Positions 20,042 through 30,556 of a stretch of 64,000 nucleotides of DNA are shown one piece after another. The stretch is from Nitrosopumilus sp. (GTDB lineage: Archaea > Thermoproteota > Nitrososphaeria > Nitrososphaerales > Nitrosopumilaceae). Location of the stretch: contig JBHHZR010000003.1 in the NCBI GenBank assembly GCA_046758125.1, positions 1,875 to 65,874 of the forward strand, written 5' to 3'. Position 1 is the first letter of the stretch. Every line of letters starts with the position of its first letter. The position numbers were made by a program, and so were the translations under genes. Below the pieces are notes generated by a model. That model saw nothing but the letters and a program-made list of their open reading frames with translations, had not been told where the DNA came from and did not search any database.

Positions 20042-20589
20042 TCTATCCAACTTTGAATAATTTTGTATGCAGATTCAATTAATTCATCTTTTGTCAAACC
20101 AGTATTTGATATTGCATCATCAGATAATGCAATTGGATTACTAATACCAACACCTAATTCACGACTATCTCTTTCTTTAAAGTGATCTTTTGTTTGAGGA
20201 TCATCTGATCTGCCTCTTTTTTGCAAAAAATCAAACCTTGTATCAGTTGATGCATGAATCGCAAGAAGTTTAACATTACCAAATTTTCTAAGTACTTGTA
20301 TCTCATCTATAGATCTTAATCCATCAACTAATATCACATCTGATGAAGAGGATTCTATTTTTGGCTTGATCAATTCTGCTACTGCACCAGGTCCATTTTT
20401 TTCTCTAAGCTCAAGCATTAGTTTTCCAAGATTTTCTCTGGTTGGTTCTAGATTTCTTTTTGTTGCTTCTTCTCTAACTGCATTTCCCATATTGATAATT
20501 TGATATCCTCTTGGTTTCAATCCTTCAGCAATTGTGGATTTTCCAGCACCAGGCATTCCTGTCAAGCATACAATTAGTTTTTTCAACAT
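20038..20589 (-). CDS. P-loop kinase, archaeal dephospho-CoA kinase-like (UPF0200)
   Basis: TGMPGAGKS Walker A, VDGLRS and RGRSDD motifs. Confidence 0.8.
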   Translation of the reverse strand: MLKKLIVCLTGMPGAGKSTIAEGLKPRGYQIINMGNAVREEATKRNLEPTRENLGKLMLELREKNGPGAVAELIKPKIESSSSDVILVDGLRSIDEIQVLRKFGNVKLLAIHASTDTRFDFLQKRGRSDDPQTKDHFKERDSRELGVGISNPIALSDDAISNTGLTKDELIESAYKIIQSWIE

Positions 20590-20657
20590 ATACCAAAACT
20601 GAAGCTGGTCTATGAAGCTACCGGAAATTATTATAAAGATACATCAAAGACTGTTGT

Positions 20658-21200
20658 ATGCGAACTTTTGTAGCAATTGAAATTTCAAATGATGATATAA
20701 TTAATTCCATTAAAAAATTTCAATCCGAGATCAACATTAATGCAAAACCAGTTGAAGTTAAAAATCTTCATTTTACATTACAGTTTTTAGATGAGATTTC
20801 AGAAGATATTTCTCAAAAAGTAATTCAAGCTCTTCGTACAATTGAATTTTCAAGTTTTGCTGTTTATTTAAGAGGAGTAGGTGCATTTCCAAAAGCTAAA
20901 TTTCCTAGAGTAATTTGGATTGGAACTGATGAACAAGGAGGAAATATGCTAATTCAGCTATCGAAAAAAGTTGAAAAAGTACTTGAACCATTAGGATTTT
21001 TTTCAGATAAACCATTCAAACCTCATATCACAGTATTTAGGATTAAAAAGAAGATAGGAGATATAACAAAAGAATTGGAGAAACAAAAGACAAGAGATTT
21101 TGGAATGCAAAGAGTTACTGCAATAAAATTAAAAAAAAGTGATCTTACATCAGATGGACCAATCTATTCTGATTTAGAGGAGGTTAAAGCAAGAAAATGA
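20658..21200 (+). CDS. thpR: RNA 2',3'-cyclic phosphodiesterase (2H family)
   Basis: Two HxT motifs (LHFTL, PHITV); MRTFVAI start. Confidence 0.93.
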   Translation: MRTFVAIEISNDDIINSIKKFQSEININAKPVEVKNLHFTLQFLDEISEDISQKVIQALRTIEFSSFAVYLRGVGAFPKAKFPRVIWIGTDEQGGNMLIQLSKKVEKVLEPLGFFSDKPFKPHITVFRIKKKIGDITKELEKQKTRDFGMQRVTAIKLKKSDLTSDGPIYSDLEEVKARK

Positions 21201-22528
21201 AAAAAATAATTTCCAAAGTTTCAAAAACTGTTATCCCATCAAAAATAATGGAAAAATCGAAAAAACAAACTAGTGAATTAGCATTTCAGCTAGTAGAGAA
21301 AGAAGTTAAGAAATTTCCAGAAGTGGTAGGGTTAGAATTTGGTGGTTCATTTGCAAAAGGGACTTGGTTATCAAAAGATGCAGACGTAGATATTTTTCTA
21401 AGATTCAAAAAATCTACATCAGAAGAAAAATTTGAAAAAATCTCTAAGAAAATTGGTTTTGAATCATTAAAGAAATACAATCCATATGTTAGATATTCAG
21501 AGCATCCATATGTTGAAGCAAAAATTAAAAATACTAAGATTAACGTTGTGCCATTTTATGATGTAAAAATTGGAAAGTGGAAAAGTGCTGCAGATAGATC
21601 TCCATTTCATACTAAATTTATGAAAAAATCGTTAACATCAAAAATGAGAAATGAGGTTAGAATATTGAAAACATTTCTTAAATCTAATAGAATTTACGGA
21701 GCAGAAATTGCAAAGCAAGGTTTTAGTGGTTATGTTTCAGAAGTTTTGATTCTACACTATAGAAGTTTTGAAAATGTTATCAAGTCAATATCAAAAATTA
21801 GTGAGAATGAGGTTATTGGGAAAACTTCAAAGAAGTTTGAAACATCAATTGTAATAATAGATCCAATTGATAAGAATAGAAATTTAGCTGCCGCAATTTC
21901 TGATGAAAATCTTGGAAAATTCATCCTTGCAGCTAGAGCTTTTAAGGAAAATCCTAGTTCAGCTTTCTTTAAAAATAAAAAATCCAAAGCATCAAAGAAA
22001 TATTCTAAAAATTTGTTAGTGATAAAATTTGAATTCAAAATTAGGAGTCCAGATATAATTTGGGGACAAATTAAGAGGGCGACTTCGTCTTTAGTGACTC
22101 AATTAGAGTTAGGAGGGTTCAACGTGTTAAGAAGTAAATCTTATACAGATCAACAAAAAGATGCCTACCTCTTTTTTCTATTGGAATCTACAAAGATTTC
22201 AAGTATTTATCAGAAGAATGGACCCGAATTTTTTAGAGAAAATAGTTCCAAAGGTTTTATTTCTAAAAATCGTAGGAATTTAGAATTAATATGGATTGGA
22301 AATAATAAAAAAATAATTTCGCTAGAAAAAAGAAAACATACAGATGTAGTCAAATTTATGACAGGATTTTTGAAGAAGAATCTTCAAACTGGCATTCCAA
22401 AAGGTCTTCAAAATGATTTCAAACGTGGTTTCAAAGTTTCAGTTGGAAACAAAAACTTATGCAAATCAATTAAAGAGGAAGCCGATGAATTGATTTCAAC
22501 AGATGGCACATTCCTTTATTTCAATTAA
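21197..22528 (+). CDS. cca: Archaeal class I CCA-adding enzyme
   Basis: GGSFAKGTWL..DADVDIF, EHPYV, DRSPFH, GFSGYVSE and IIDPID motifs. Confidence 0.94.
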   Translation: MKKIISKVSKTVIPSKIMEKSKKQTSELAFQLVEKEVKKFPEVVGLEFGGSFAKGTWLSKDADVDIFLRFKKSTSEEKFEKISKKIGFESLKKYNPYVRYSEHPYVEAKIKNTKINVVPFYDVKIGKWKSAADRSPFHTKFMKKSLTSKMRNEVRILKTFLKSNRIYGAEIAKQGFSGYVSEVLILHYRSFENVIKSISKISENEVIGKTSKKFETSIVIIDPIDKNRNLAAAISDENLGKFILAARAFKENPSSAFFKNKKSKASKKYSKNLLVIKFEFKIRSPDIIWGQIKRATSSLVTQLELGGFNVLRSKSYTDQQKDAYLFFLLESTKISSIYQKNGPEFFRENSSKGFISKNRRNLELIWIGNNKKIISLEKRKHTDVVKFMTGFLKKNLQTGIPKGLQNDFKRGFKVSVGNKNLCKSIKEEADELISTDGTFLYFN

Positions 22529-23264
22529 GAAATTTAATAATAAACCATATTCAGTAATTCTTGGATATCCAAAAGCTACTACTCGTCAAATAGAATCAAG
22601 AATAAATGAGTTAGAGAAATTGAAAATAAATTCAATTTCACTGGTAGGTCCTACTACACTTGGAAAGTTAGCAATTTTAGGTAAAGGATACGTTGGAGTG
22701 GTGGTTCTTGCAAAAAGAGGTGCCAAACAAGTAGCACTAAAAATTAGAAGAATGGATTCGCAAAGAAAAGAAATGAAAAAGGAAGCAGATTTGTTAAAAA
22801 TAGTAAATTCAGTCAATGTTGGACCAAGAATGATTCAAGCTAGTAAAAATTTTTTAGTTATGGAATATCTTGAGGGAGAGAAAATTGGTGAGTGGATACA
22901 AATGTTAAAAGGAGTAGGTAGTGCAAAAAAATTAAAATCTATAATTAGAAATATTTTAGAAGATTGTTATAGATTGGATCAAATAGGTTTTGATCATGGT
23001 GAATTAAGCAATATTTCTAAACATATTATTGTAGGAAAAACAAAATCCAGTCTCATTGATTTTGAAAGTTCTAGCACTAAAAGAAGACCATCAAATGTAA
23101 CATCGATTACGCAAGCAATTTTTATTGGTTCAGGTATTACAAAAAAAGTTCAAAAAATTTACAAAAATCCTTCTAAAGAAAAAATCATCAAAGCTTTGAA
23201 AAATTATAAACATGAAAAAACACGAGCAAGTTTTGAAGAGTTACTGAAAATTCTAAAATTATAA
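22503..23264 (+). CDS. RIO-like Ser/Thr protein kinase
   Basis: LGKGYVGVV, ALKI, HGEL and LIDFE motifs. Confidence 0.8.
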   Translation: MAHSFISIKKFNNKPYSVILGYPKATTRQIESRINELEKLKINSISLVGPTTLGKLAILGKGYVGVVVLAKRGAKQVALKIRRMDSQRKEMKKEADLLKIVNSVNVGPRMIQASKNFLVMEYLEGEKIGEWIQMLKGVGSAKKLKSIIRNILEDCYRLDQIGFDHGELSNISKHIIVGKTKSSLIDFESSSTKRRPSNVTSITQAIFIGSGITKKVQKIYKNPSKEKIIKALKNYKHEKTRASFEELLKILKL

Positions 23265-23338
23265 TGGGACCGGCAGGATTTGAACCTGCGACCACTAGTC
23301 CCCCAGACTAGTATCATACCAAGCTAGACGACGATCCC
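23265..23338 (-). tRNA. tRNA-Pro (anticodon GGG), CCA not encoded
   Basis: Reverse complement folds as a cloverleaf: acceptor GGGATCG/CGGTCCC, anticodon arm CTAGT-CTGGGGG-ACTAG, T-arm GCAGG-TTCAAAT-CCTGC, discriminator A followed by TT. Confidence 0.95.
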
Positions 23339-23394
23339 TCTTCTCAAATGCACAAAATGAAATTATTAAATCGTCGTATTAACTTAGATAATTT

Positions 23395-23610
23395 ATGAAG
23401 ATTTGTAGTATTTGTCATAAGATCTCTGGAACTGATCAAGATCATATTGATTGTATTCAAAAAAGAAGAATTGAACTTGAAGATGATGATCTTAAGAATA
23501 AACTTCCAGAAAAATTAGATTTAGCAAAAAATCCTCAAGATTTAGGTGTAGAAGTAAGAGCTATTTTAGAACATTTAACGAAAGAGAAAGATAAGACAGA
23601 AAAATTTTAG
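23395..23610 (+). CDS. Small hypothetical protein with CxxC...HxxC motif
   Basis: CSIC...HIDC; 71-aa ORF filling the intergenic gap. Confidence 0.65.
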   Translation: MKICSICHKISGTDQDHIDCIQKRRIELEDDDLKNKLPEKLDLAKNPQDLGVEVRAILEHLTKEKDKTEKF

Positions 23611-23629
23611 TTGTTTTGATATTTTTGAT

Positions 23630-24370
23630 TTATCGTTCTTGTGTTGTAGGTCTTATCAAAACTTCATTGACATTTACATGAGGTGGAGATTCAACTGCAA
23701 ATAGAATTGCGTTTGCAATATCTTCTGCTTGTAATGCTTCCATTTTCTTTGCATTTTCAACGAATGCCTTTAGAGATTCATCAGTAATTGTGTCATTTAG
23801 TTCTGTTGCAACAACCCCAGGTTCAATGCTAGTTACTCGAATATTAGAACGAACACTAAATTCTTGTCTCAATCCCTCACTAAATGCTGCAACTGCATGT
23901 TTTGTTGCACAATAAACACTACCAGCTGGAAAAACAATTCTTCCAGCTACAGATGAGAGATTTACAATATGACCAGATTTTTTTTCTTTCATATGAGAAA
24001 TAACCGAGGCTGTTGAATACAAAACGCCTTTGATGTTAACATCAACCATTTTATCCCATTCATCCACTTTGAGATTTTTGAAAAAACTAAGAGGCATTAG
24101 ACCTGCATTATTTACAAGTATATCAATTGAGCCCCATTTCTCTAAAACTGCTTTTGCAAAATTTTCACATTCTGTTTTTTGTGTAACATCTAATTTTTGA
24201 TAGAATACATCTCCATTATCAGCAGAGATCTTTTTTGCAAGTTCTTCTAATCTATCAACTCTTCTGGCACCTATAGCAACTTTAGCACCTGCTTTTGACA
24301 GTGCTAAGGCAGTAGCAAATCCTATACCACTGCTTGCTCCAGTAATTATTGCCACTTTATCTTTAATCAT
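23630..24370 (-). CDS. SDR oxidoreductase (YdfG/YoxD-like)
   Basis: TGASSGIG, NNAG and YCATK motifs. Confidence 0.93.
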   Translation of the reverse strand: MIKDKVAIITGASSGIGFATALALSKAGAKVAIGARRVDRLEELAKKISADNGDVFYQKLDVTQKTECENFAKAVLEKWGSIDILVNNAGLMPLSFFKNLKVDEWDKMVDVNIKGVLYSTASVISHMKEKKSGHIVNLSSVAGRIVFPAGSVYCATKHAVAAFSEGLRQEFSVRSNIRVTSIEPGVVATELNDTITDESLKAFVENAKKMEALQAEDIANAILFAVESPPHVNVNEVLIRPTTQER

Positions 24371-24475
24371 CTAGAACGCATGTGATTTCAACATCGTAAA
24401 AATGTTTAGACATTCAAAAGTTAAAGAAAAAATACTGGCAACTTTATTAAAAGAAAAATAGTAAATTAAGAAGTA

Positions 24476-24697
24476 ATGAGGTCGGAAAAATGTGCATATT
24501 GCGGAGATCTGACAGATTTACCATTTCAATGTAATTATTGTAAAGATCCATTTTGTGCAGAACATAGACTTCCAGAAGAACATAGATGTGTAAAGCTAAG
24601 TCAAATTAGGGCAAAAAGATTTGGTGAAAAAAAAGTCATACGTGATGGTGGACGAAACAAGCCAAATTTTTTCAAACGTATGTTTGGAAGATTTTAA
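24476..24697 (+). CDS. AN1-type zinc finger protein
   Basis: CAYC...FQCNYCKDPFCAEHRLPEEHRC. Confidence 0.85.
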   Translation: MRSEKCAYCGDLTDLPFQCNYCKDPFCAEHRLPEEHRCVKLSQIRAKRFGEKKVIRDGGRNKPNFFKRMFGRF

Positions 24698-24698
24698 A

Positions 24699-24983
24699 TC
24701 AATAAGGACTCTTTTCAGGAGAAATTTTTGCACGTTTTCCTTGATAGATTAATGCAATAGCTAGTGCAAACATTACCATTGCTGTTAATGGAAAATTTTG
24801 TGGGGCAGGTAAGATAAACCAATAGTAAACTCCAAAGCCGATACATACTGTTGCTTGAGTCCATAGTTTAATCCATTTTGGCGCTTTGACTAATCTACTA
24901 ATTGCCTCAACGATAAAGATTCCAATTACTGGATAAATTGTGTAAAATAGAAAATCGATTACATCAACGCCTGTATGAGACAT
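24699..24983 (-). CDS. Small membrane protein
   Basis: Three hydrophobic segments in 94 aa. Confidence 0.65.
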   Translation of the reverse strand: MSHTGVDVIDFLFYTIYPVIGIFIVEAISRLVKAPKWIKLWTQATVCIGFGVYYWFILPAPQNFPLTAMVMFALAIALIYQGKRAKISPEKSPY

Positions 24984-25014
24984 AATATGAAAATAAAATA
25001 GGCATAATTTCTAT

Positions 25015-25572
25015 CTAATCTTCCCATCTAACCTTAGTTGCGACATTTTTAGCAATTAAGGCCTGAGCATTTTCATATGGGATTGTAGCTATATCTTCGG
25101 TTTTGAAGGGGCCGTATTTTTCAAGATCAGCACCAACAATCTCATCTACTTCATTAAGAAATCTAATGACAATTTTTTTTGTTTTATGATTTTGAGATAG
25201 TGATTCAAGAAATTTTGATTTTCCATTGATTGTTGCTGAAAGAATCATTTCTGTTCTTTCTCTTTGTTCTTCATGCGAATCTAAAATGAATTTTTCCTCG
25301 TCTAGAAGATTTTCCATTTCTAAATTAGTTGAATTTGAAATTTTATCTAATCTGATATTAATCAATAATGATGTTAACTCAGTTGTCATTTCTATCAAAG
25401 CATTTTTGATTTTATTTTCTATACCATCAAATTCTTGTTTCTTTAAATTTCCAATAAAATCAGAGAGATTTCTATAAAAGTTTGGATCAATCTCCATTAT
25501 GGAATCACTTTCAGTTTCTCGTAAAACTGTATGATGTAATGAGTTGATATCGATTTGATTTGATTCTGACAT
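25015..25572 (-). CDS. GINS complex subunit
   Basis: Helical A-domain (FYRNL...IRLDKI...EEKFI) plus B-domain IVGADLEKYGPFKTEDIATIPYENAQALI. Confidence 0.82.
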   Translation of the reverse strand: MSESNQIDINSLHHTVLRETESDSIMEIDPNFYRNLSDFIGNLKKQEFDGIENKIKNALIEMTTELTSLLINIRLDKISNSTNLEMENLLDEEKFILDSHEEQRERTEMILSATINGKSKFLESLSQNHKTKKIVIRFLNEVDEIVGADLEKYGPFKTEDIATIPYENAQALIAKNVATKVRWED

Positions 25573-25626
25573 TTCTTACCTAATCCTTAAATGCTGGATG
25601 TATTTGTGTTTGATTGAAGTACAAAA

Positions 25627-27087
25627 TTGCCCTATAAAGTTAGTCATGGAAAAGCGATCCAAGTAACATACTCACCAGATGAAGTTTTTGCAAGAATTCA
25701 GCATGAGGGAATTCAATTTATTGATCTACAATTTACAGGTCTTACAGGTCGTTTTCATCATACTACAATTTCAGCAAATACATTTACTCCTGAACAAATG
25801 CGGGATGGATTACCTAAACTAGATGGGTCATCAATTATTGGTTTTACTAGCATTGATGATTCAGATCTACTTTTAAAACCAGATCCAAATACATTTGCAA
25901 TTATTCCATGGATGACAGAAAACAAAACAGCCAGACTGCTTTGTGATGTTTATTGGGGAGAAAATAGAGGAAGATTATCAAGAGATCCTAGAGGAATTGC
26001 TCAAAAAGCAGAAGAATACACCAAATCTCAGGGATTTGATTTTAGTAATTGGGGTCCTGAGGTAGAATTCTTTGTTTTTGATAAAGTGTTTTGGGATGTT
26101 TTAACACCATACAAAGGACAATCTTATGCAATTGAATCAAAAGAAGCACCATGGAATCATGATGGTGATGGATATCCAATGGGATTACAAGAAGGATATT
26201 ATCCTAGTACACCACATGATACTCTTACACCATATAGAAATGAGTGTGTAAACATTCTCAACAAAAATTTTGGAATCTTGTGTGATAATCATCATCACGA
26301 GGTTGCAACTGCAGGACAATGTGAGATTGATATTAGATATGATCTTATGACTAATGCGGCAGATGCTGCACAAACTTACAAATATGTTATTAGAAACGTT
26401 GCAAAGAAATTTGGAAAAGTTGCAACAATGATGCCTAAACCAATAGCAATGGACTCAGGTTCTGGGATGCATGTTAATGTTAGTTTATGGAAAGGAAAAG
26501 ATAATGCATTTTATGATCCAGATGATGAGATTGAATTAAGTCAAATTGGCAGATATTTCTGTGGTGGAATTATTAATCATGCAAAAGCATTATCTGCAAT
26601 TTGTAATCCTACAACTAACTCATATCATAGATTAGTACCTGGATATGAAGCTCCAGCATACATTGCATGGAGCTCAGGAAATCGTTCAGCTATAGTAAGA
26701 GTTCCAAAACATCTTACAGGAAAAGAGTATTCACATCTAAAACGACTTGAATTTAGAGCACCTGATCCTTCATCAAATCCATATCTTGTTTTTGCATCTG
26801 TAACAGCTGCGGGAATGGATGGAATAAAAAAGAAGATGGATCCTGGGGATCAGGTACGTGATGATATCTTTAAGATGACTAGATCCGATAGGGCAAAAAG
26901 AGGTATAGGCGTTCTTCCAAAAAGTCTTGGGGAAGCATTAGATGAATTAGAAAGTGATAGAAAATTCCTTAGCCCAATTTATACAAGTGATGTTATAGAT
27001 AAAATTATAGAATTAGAAAGAAGAGATCAACGTGAGATATCTATTAGACCACATCCTCACGAGTTTTATCTTTACTTTGATGTTTAG
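25627..27087 (+). CDS. glnA: Glutamine synthetase type I
   Basis: LDGSS, GPEVEFF, HHEVATAGQCEI, GSGMH, NSYHRLVPGYEAP and RLEFRAPDP motifs; TTG start. Confidence 0.95.
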   Translation: MPYKVSHGKAIQVTYSPDEVFARIQHEGIQFIDLQFTGLTGRFHHTTISANTFTPEQMRDGLPKLDGSSIIGFTSIDDSDLLLKPDPNTFAIIPWMTENKTARLLCDVYWGENRGRLSRDPRGIAQKAEEYTKSQGFDFSNWGPEVEFFVFDKVFWDVLTPYKGQSYAIESKEAPWNHDGDGYPMGLQEGYYPSTPHDTLTPYRNECVNILNKNFGILCDNHHHEVATAGQCEIDIRYDLMTNAADAAQTYKYVIRNVAKKFGKVATMMPKPIAMDSGSGMHVNVSLWKGKDNAFYDPDDEIELSQIGRYFCGGIINHAKALSAICNPTTNSYHRLVPGYEAPAYIAWSSGNRSAIVRVPKHLTGKEYSHLKRLEFRAPDPSSNPYLVFASVTAAGMDGIKKKMDPGDQVRDDIFKMTRSDRAKRGIGVLPKSLGEALDELESDRKFLSPIYTSDVIDKIIELERRDQREISIRPHPHEFYLYFDV

Positions 27088-27362
27088 ACTCTTCCAGTAA
27101 ATTGGAAGATAAAGTGTAATGAGATAGTTATTAGAGCAAATCCTCCTCCAAGAAAAATTATTCTTTTATTTTCAGATGTAGCAGCTTTGTATAATAAAAC
27201 TCCACCAGCAAGACCTACAAACAAAACTATAACTCCTAAAATTACATTGTCAAAACTTTGGTGAGTAATAATTGGATAAAAAAATCCAGAAAGTAATGCA
27301 AAAAATGCAACTAGGTAAATGTATTTGAACCCAGTGAGCATTCTGGAGGATGTTTTATTCAA
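27084..27362 (-). CDS. Small membrane protein
   Basis: Three hydrophobic segments. Confidence 0.6.
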   Translation of the reverse strand: MNKTSSRMLTGFKYIYLVAFFALLSGFFYPIITHQSFDNVILGVIVLFVGLAGGVLLYKAATSENKRIIFLGGGFALITISLHFIFQFTGRV

Positions 27363-27415
27363 TGTTGTTCGTAAATATAGTTATCAAATAAACTTTTGAA
27401 AAATTTCAAAATAAT

Positions 27416-29131
27416 TTACATCATTCCGCCCATGTCAGGCATTCCACCCATTCCAGGTGGCATTCCACCCATTCCAGGTGGCATTCCACCCATTCCAGGT
27501 GGCATGCCTCCTTCTCCTCCACCAGGTGGGCCACCTGCAGATTTTTGGGTAGCAATCACATCATCAATTCTAAGAATCATACATGCAGCTTCAGAAGATG
27601 CAGAGACAACCTGAAGTTTAACTGCAAGGGGTTCAATAATATCACTTGATTTCATATTAGCAATCTTTCCTTTCATTACATCAATTCCAGTCCATTTTTC
27701 TCCTTTCTGTTGTTTTGAACGAAGAAGTGTTAGTGTGTCAATTGGATCCATTCCAGCATTTTCAGCTAACGTTAGTGGAATTGATTCTAAAGCATCAGCA
27801 AATTTTTCTGCAGCTAACTGTTCTCGTCCTTCCAGAGATTTTGCCCATCCTCTAAGTTTTGTTGCAGCATATGTCTCAGGAGCACCTCCACCTGCAACGA
27901 TTTCAGGTTTTTCGATTACGTCTTTTACAACCATTAATGCATCATGAACAGAACGTTCAACTTCATCTACTACTCTTTGTGAACCACCTCGAAGTAGAAG
28001 TGTAACAGATTTTGGATGTTTACATCCTTCTACAAATACCCATTTATCTTCTTCAATTTTTCTTTCTTCAACAAGATCTGCACTACCTAGATCTTTCTCG
28101 AAAAGATCATCAAGATTTGTAACTATTCTAGCACCTGTTGCTTTTGCAAGTTTAGTAAGATCACTTTCTTTTATTCGTCTAACTGCAATAATTCCAGCTT
28201 TTGCTAGATAGTGTTGTGCCATATCATCAACTCCTTTTTGACATAAAACTACATTTGCGCCAGAACCAATAACTTTGTCAACCATTGTTTTTAACATACG
28301 ATTCTCTTCATCTAGGAATGATTTCATTTGTTGAGGATTTGAAATGTTAATTTTTGCATCAGTTTCAGTCTTACTGATTTCTAATGCGGTGTTAATTAAT
28401 GCAATTTTTGCTTCAGTAATTTTTCTAGGCATGCCTCCATGAACAATCTCTTTGTCAAGAACAATGCCTTGAATAATCATCGAGTCTTTGATAGAACCTC
28501 CAGCCTTCTTTTCTACTTTGATATCATCAATATCAACATCATAACTTTCAGCATCTTTTTCTGAAACAGCTAAAACAGATTTTACAACAATTTCTGCAAG
28601 TTGATCAGAATCTTTTCTAACAAGTTTAGTTTGCATTGATGTCTTTGCAATTTTAGTTAGAATGTTTTTGTCATTTGCAGAAATATTGTCTGCAATACTT
28701 TGAAGAAATTGTTTTGCTTTCTTTCCAGCTTTTCTATAACCATCAACAATAATTGTTGGATGAACATCTTGATCAATTAATGATTCAGCATTTTCTAGTA
28801 ATGCACCAGCCAAAACAACTGCTGAAGTTGTACCATCACCAACTTCATTATCTGTAGTTTTTGAAATTTCAACAAGCATTTTTGCGGCTGGATGTTGAAC
28901 ATCAATTTCTTTTAGAATAGTAGCACCATCATTTGTAATAGTAACATCACCTAAAGAATCAACTAACATCTTATCCATACCTCGCGGACCTAGGCTAGTA
29001 TGAACAATTTCAGCTATAATTTTAGATGCAGCAATGTTATTCTTTTGTGCATCTCTACCCTTAGTTTCTGAACCACCCTCCTTTAGTAATACAACTGGCA
29101 TATTTCCTTTCGAAGTAGCTTGCATGCCCAT
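27416..29131 (-). CDS. ths: Thermosome (group II chaperonin) subunit
   Basis: [28 protein letters not shown] and LRIDD motifs; GGM tail. Confidence 0.97.
   Translation of the reverse strand: MGMQATSKGNMPVVLLKEGGSETKGRDAQKNNIAASKIIAEIVHTSLGPRGMDKMLVDSLGDVTITNDGATILKEIDVQHPAAKMLVEISKTTDNEVGDGTTSAVVLAGALLENAESLIDQDVHPTIIVDGYRKAGKKAKQFLQSIADNISANDKNILTKIAKTSMQTKLVRKDSDQLAEIVVKSVLAVSEKDAESYDVDIDDIKVEKKAGGSIKDSMIIQGIVLDKEIVHGGMPRKITEAKIALINTALEISKTETDAKINISNPQQMKSFLDEENRMLKTMVDKVIGSGANVVLCQKGVDDMAQHYLAKAGIIAVRRIKESDLTKLAKATGARIVTNLDDLFEKDLGSADLVEERKIEEDKWVFVEGCKHPKSVTLLLRGGSQRVVDEVERSVHDALMVVKDVIEKPEIVAGGGAPETYAATKLRGWAKSLEGREQLAAEKFADALESIPLTLAENAGMDPIDTLTLLRSKQQKGEKWTGIDVMKGKIANMKSSDIIEPLAVKLQVVSASSEAACMILRIDDVIATQKSAGGPPGGGEGGMPPGMGGMPPGMGGMPPGMGGMPDMGGMM
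27440..27502 (-). repeat. Three exact 21-bp tandem repeats encoding (PPGMGGM)3 in the chaperonin tail
   Basis: CATTCCACCCATTCCAGGTGG at 27440, 27461 and 27482. Confidence 0.95.
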
Positions 29132-29232
29132 AGATGCAAAAACTCTAGATTCCCCTTTTATACCTTCCAGATCAGAATATGAAAGATTGTGGTATCGGTG
29201 TTTTTAAATTGGGAAAATCAAGTTGCAAGATA

Positions 29233-30555
29233 ATGGCCAAGTCACAAAATAAAGAATCTTACAATAAAATTTTTACAAAATTAAAGGATCACCATAAATG
29301 GTTTGAAAATTCAATTCCATTAATTGCGAGTGAGAATGTACCTAGCCCTGCCGTGAGAGAAGCAATAATCTCAGATTTTGGTAATAGATATGCTGAAGGT
29401 TGGCCTGGTGAAAGGGTGTATGCAGGTTGTATCTACATTGATGATGTAGAGTTTGAATGTATGAAATTAGCCAAGAAACTCTACAAAGCAAAGTTTGCTG
29501 ATGTGAGACCAATTTCTGGAGTTGTTGCAAATCTTGCCATATATTCAGCTTACTCAAATCCCGGTGATGTAATGTTAGCACCTTCTATTCCAGCTGGAGG
29601 TCACATCTCACACGGTAAAAAAGAACATTCAGGAACTGCAGGATTAGTTCATGGATTAGAAATAGAGTTCTATCCATTTGATGCAGAAGAGATGACAATT
29701 AATGTTGAGAAGACAAAACAGAAAGTCAAGGAATTAAAGAAAAGTGATCGTCTTCCAAAGATAGCAATGTTTGGGGGCTCATTATTCTTATTTCCACATC
29801 CTGTCAAAGAACTAGCAGATTTTCTAAAGAGTTATGGTATGCATATTAACTATGATGCAGCTCATGTTGCAGGATTAATTGCAGGTGGAAAATTCCAAGA
29901 TCCTCTACGTGAAGGTGTAGATACTATGACTATGAGTACTCACAAGACTTTGTTTGGACCTCAGGGGGGATTGGTTTTAGGTTCTAAAGAACATGAAGAA
30001 CCTATCAAGAAAGCAACATTTCCTGGTCTTACAAGCAGTCATCATATTAATAACATGGCAGGAAAAGCAGTTGCTTTTGCAGAAGCTTTAGAATTTGGAA
30101 AAGACTATGCTGTTCAGGTAATAAAAAATGCAAAATCACTTGCAGAGGCATTAAGTGATGTAGGTTTCAAAATATTAGGAGAAAGTAGAGGATTTACACA
30201 ATCACATCAGATTGCAGTTAATGTCTTAGATTATTCTGATGGTGGAAAGGTTGAAGCAGATTTGGAAAAAGCTAACATTATTGTAAACAGACAGCTTATT
30301 CCTGGAGACATCAAAGCAGGAAGAAATTATTTTCATCCTGGTGGAATCAGATTAGGAGTTTCTGAAATTACAAGACTTGGAATGAAGAAAAATGAAATGC
30401 AAGAAATTGCATCTCTCATAAAACAAGTTGTAATTGATAAAAAAGATTCAAAGAAGCTAGTTTCAAAAGTTAAGGTTTTTAGAAAAAACTATCAAAAAGT
30501 AAAATTCTGTTTTGATAACAAATTAGGTGCCTACGAATACGTCAAATTGAGATGA
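29233..30555 (+). CDS. glyA: Serine hydroxymethyltransferase
   Basis: LIASEN, RYAEG, GGHISH, DAAHVAGL, STHKT (PLP Lys) and GIRLG motifs. Probable ATG at 29233. Confidence 0.95.
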   Translation: MAKSQNKESYNKIFTKLKDHHKWFENSIPLIASENVPSPAVREAIISDFGNRYAEGWPGERVYAGCIYIDDVEFECMKLAKKLYKAKFADVRPISGVVANLAIYSAYSNPGDVMLAPSIPAGGHISHGKKEHSGTAGLVHGLEIEFYPFDAEEMTINVEKTKQKVKELKKSDRLPKIAMFGGSLFLFPHPVKELADFLKSYGMHINYDAAHVAGLIAGGKFQDPLREGVDTMTMSTHKTLFGPQGGLVLGSKEHEEPIKKATFPGLTSSHHINNMAGKAVAFAEALEFGKDYAVQVIKNAKSLAEALSDVGFKILGESRGFTQSHQIAVNVLDYSDGGKVEADLEKANIIVNRQLIPGDIKAGRNYFHPGGIRLGVSEITRLGMKKNEMQEIASLIKQVVIDKKDSKKLVSKVKVFRKNYQKVKFCFDNKLGAYEYVKLR

Positions 30556-30556
30556 T

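Noticed and set aside
27396-27614. Pro/Gly-repeat ORF (IPPIPGG)n
   Set aside because: Antisense reading of the thermosome GGM tail repeats.
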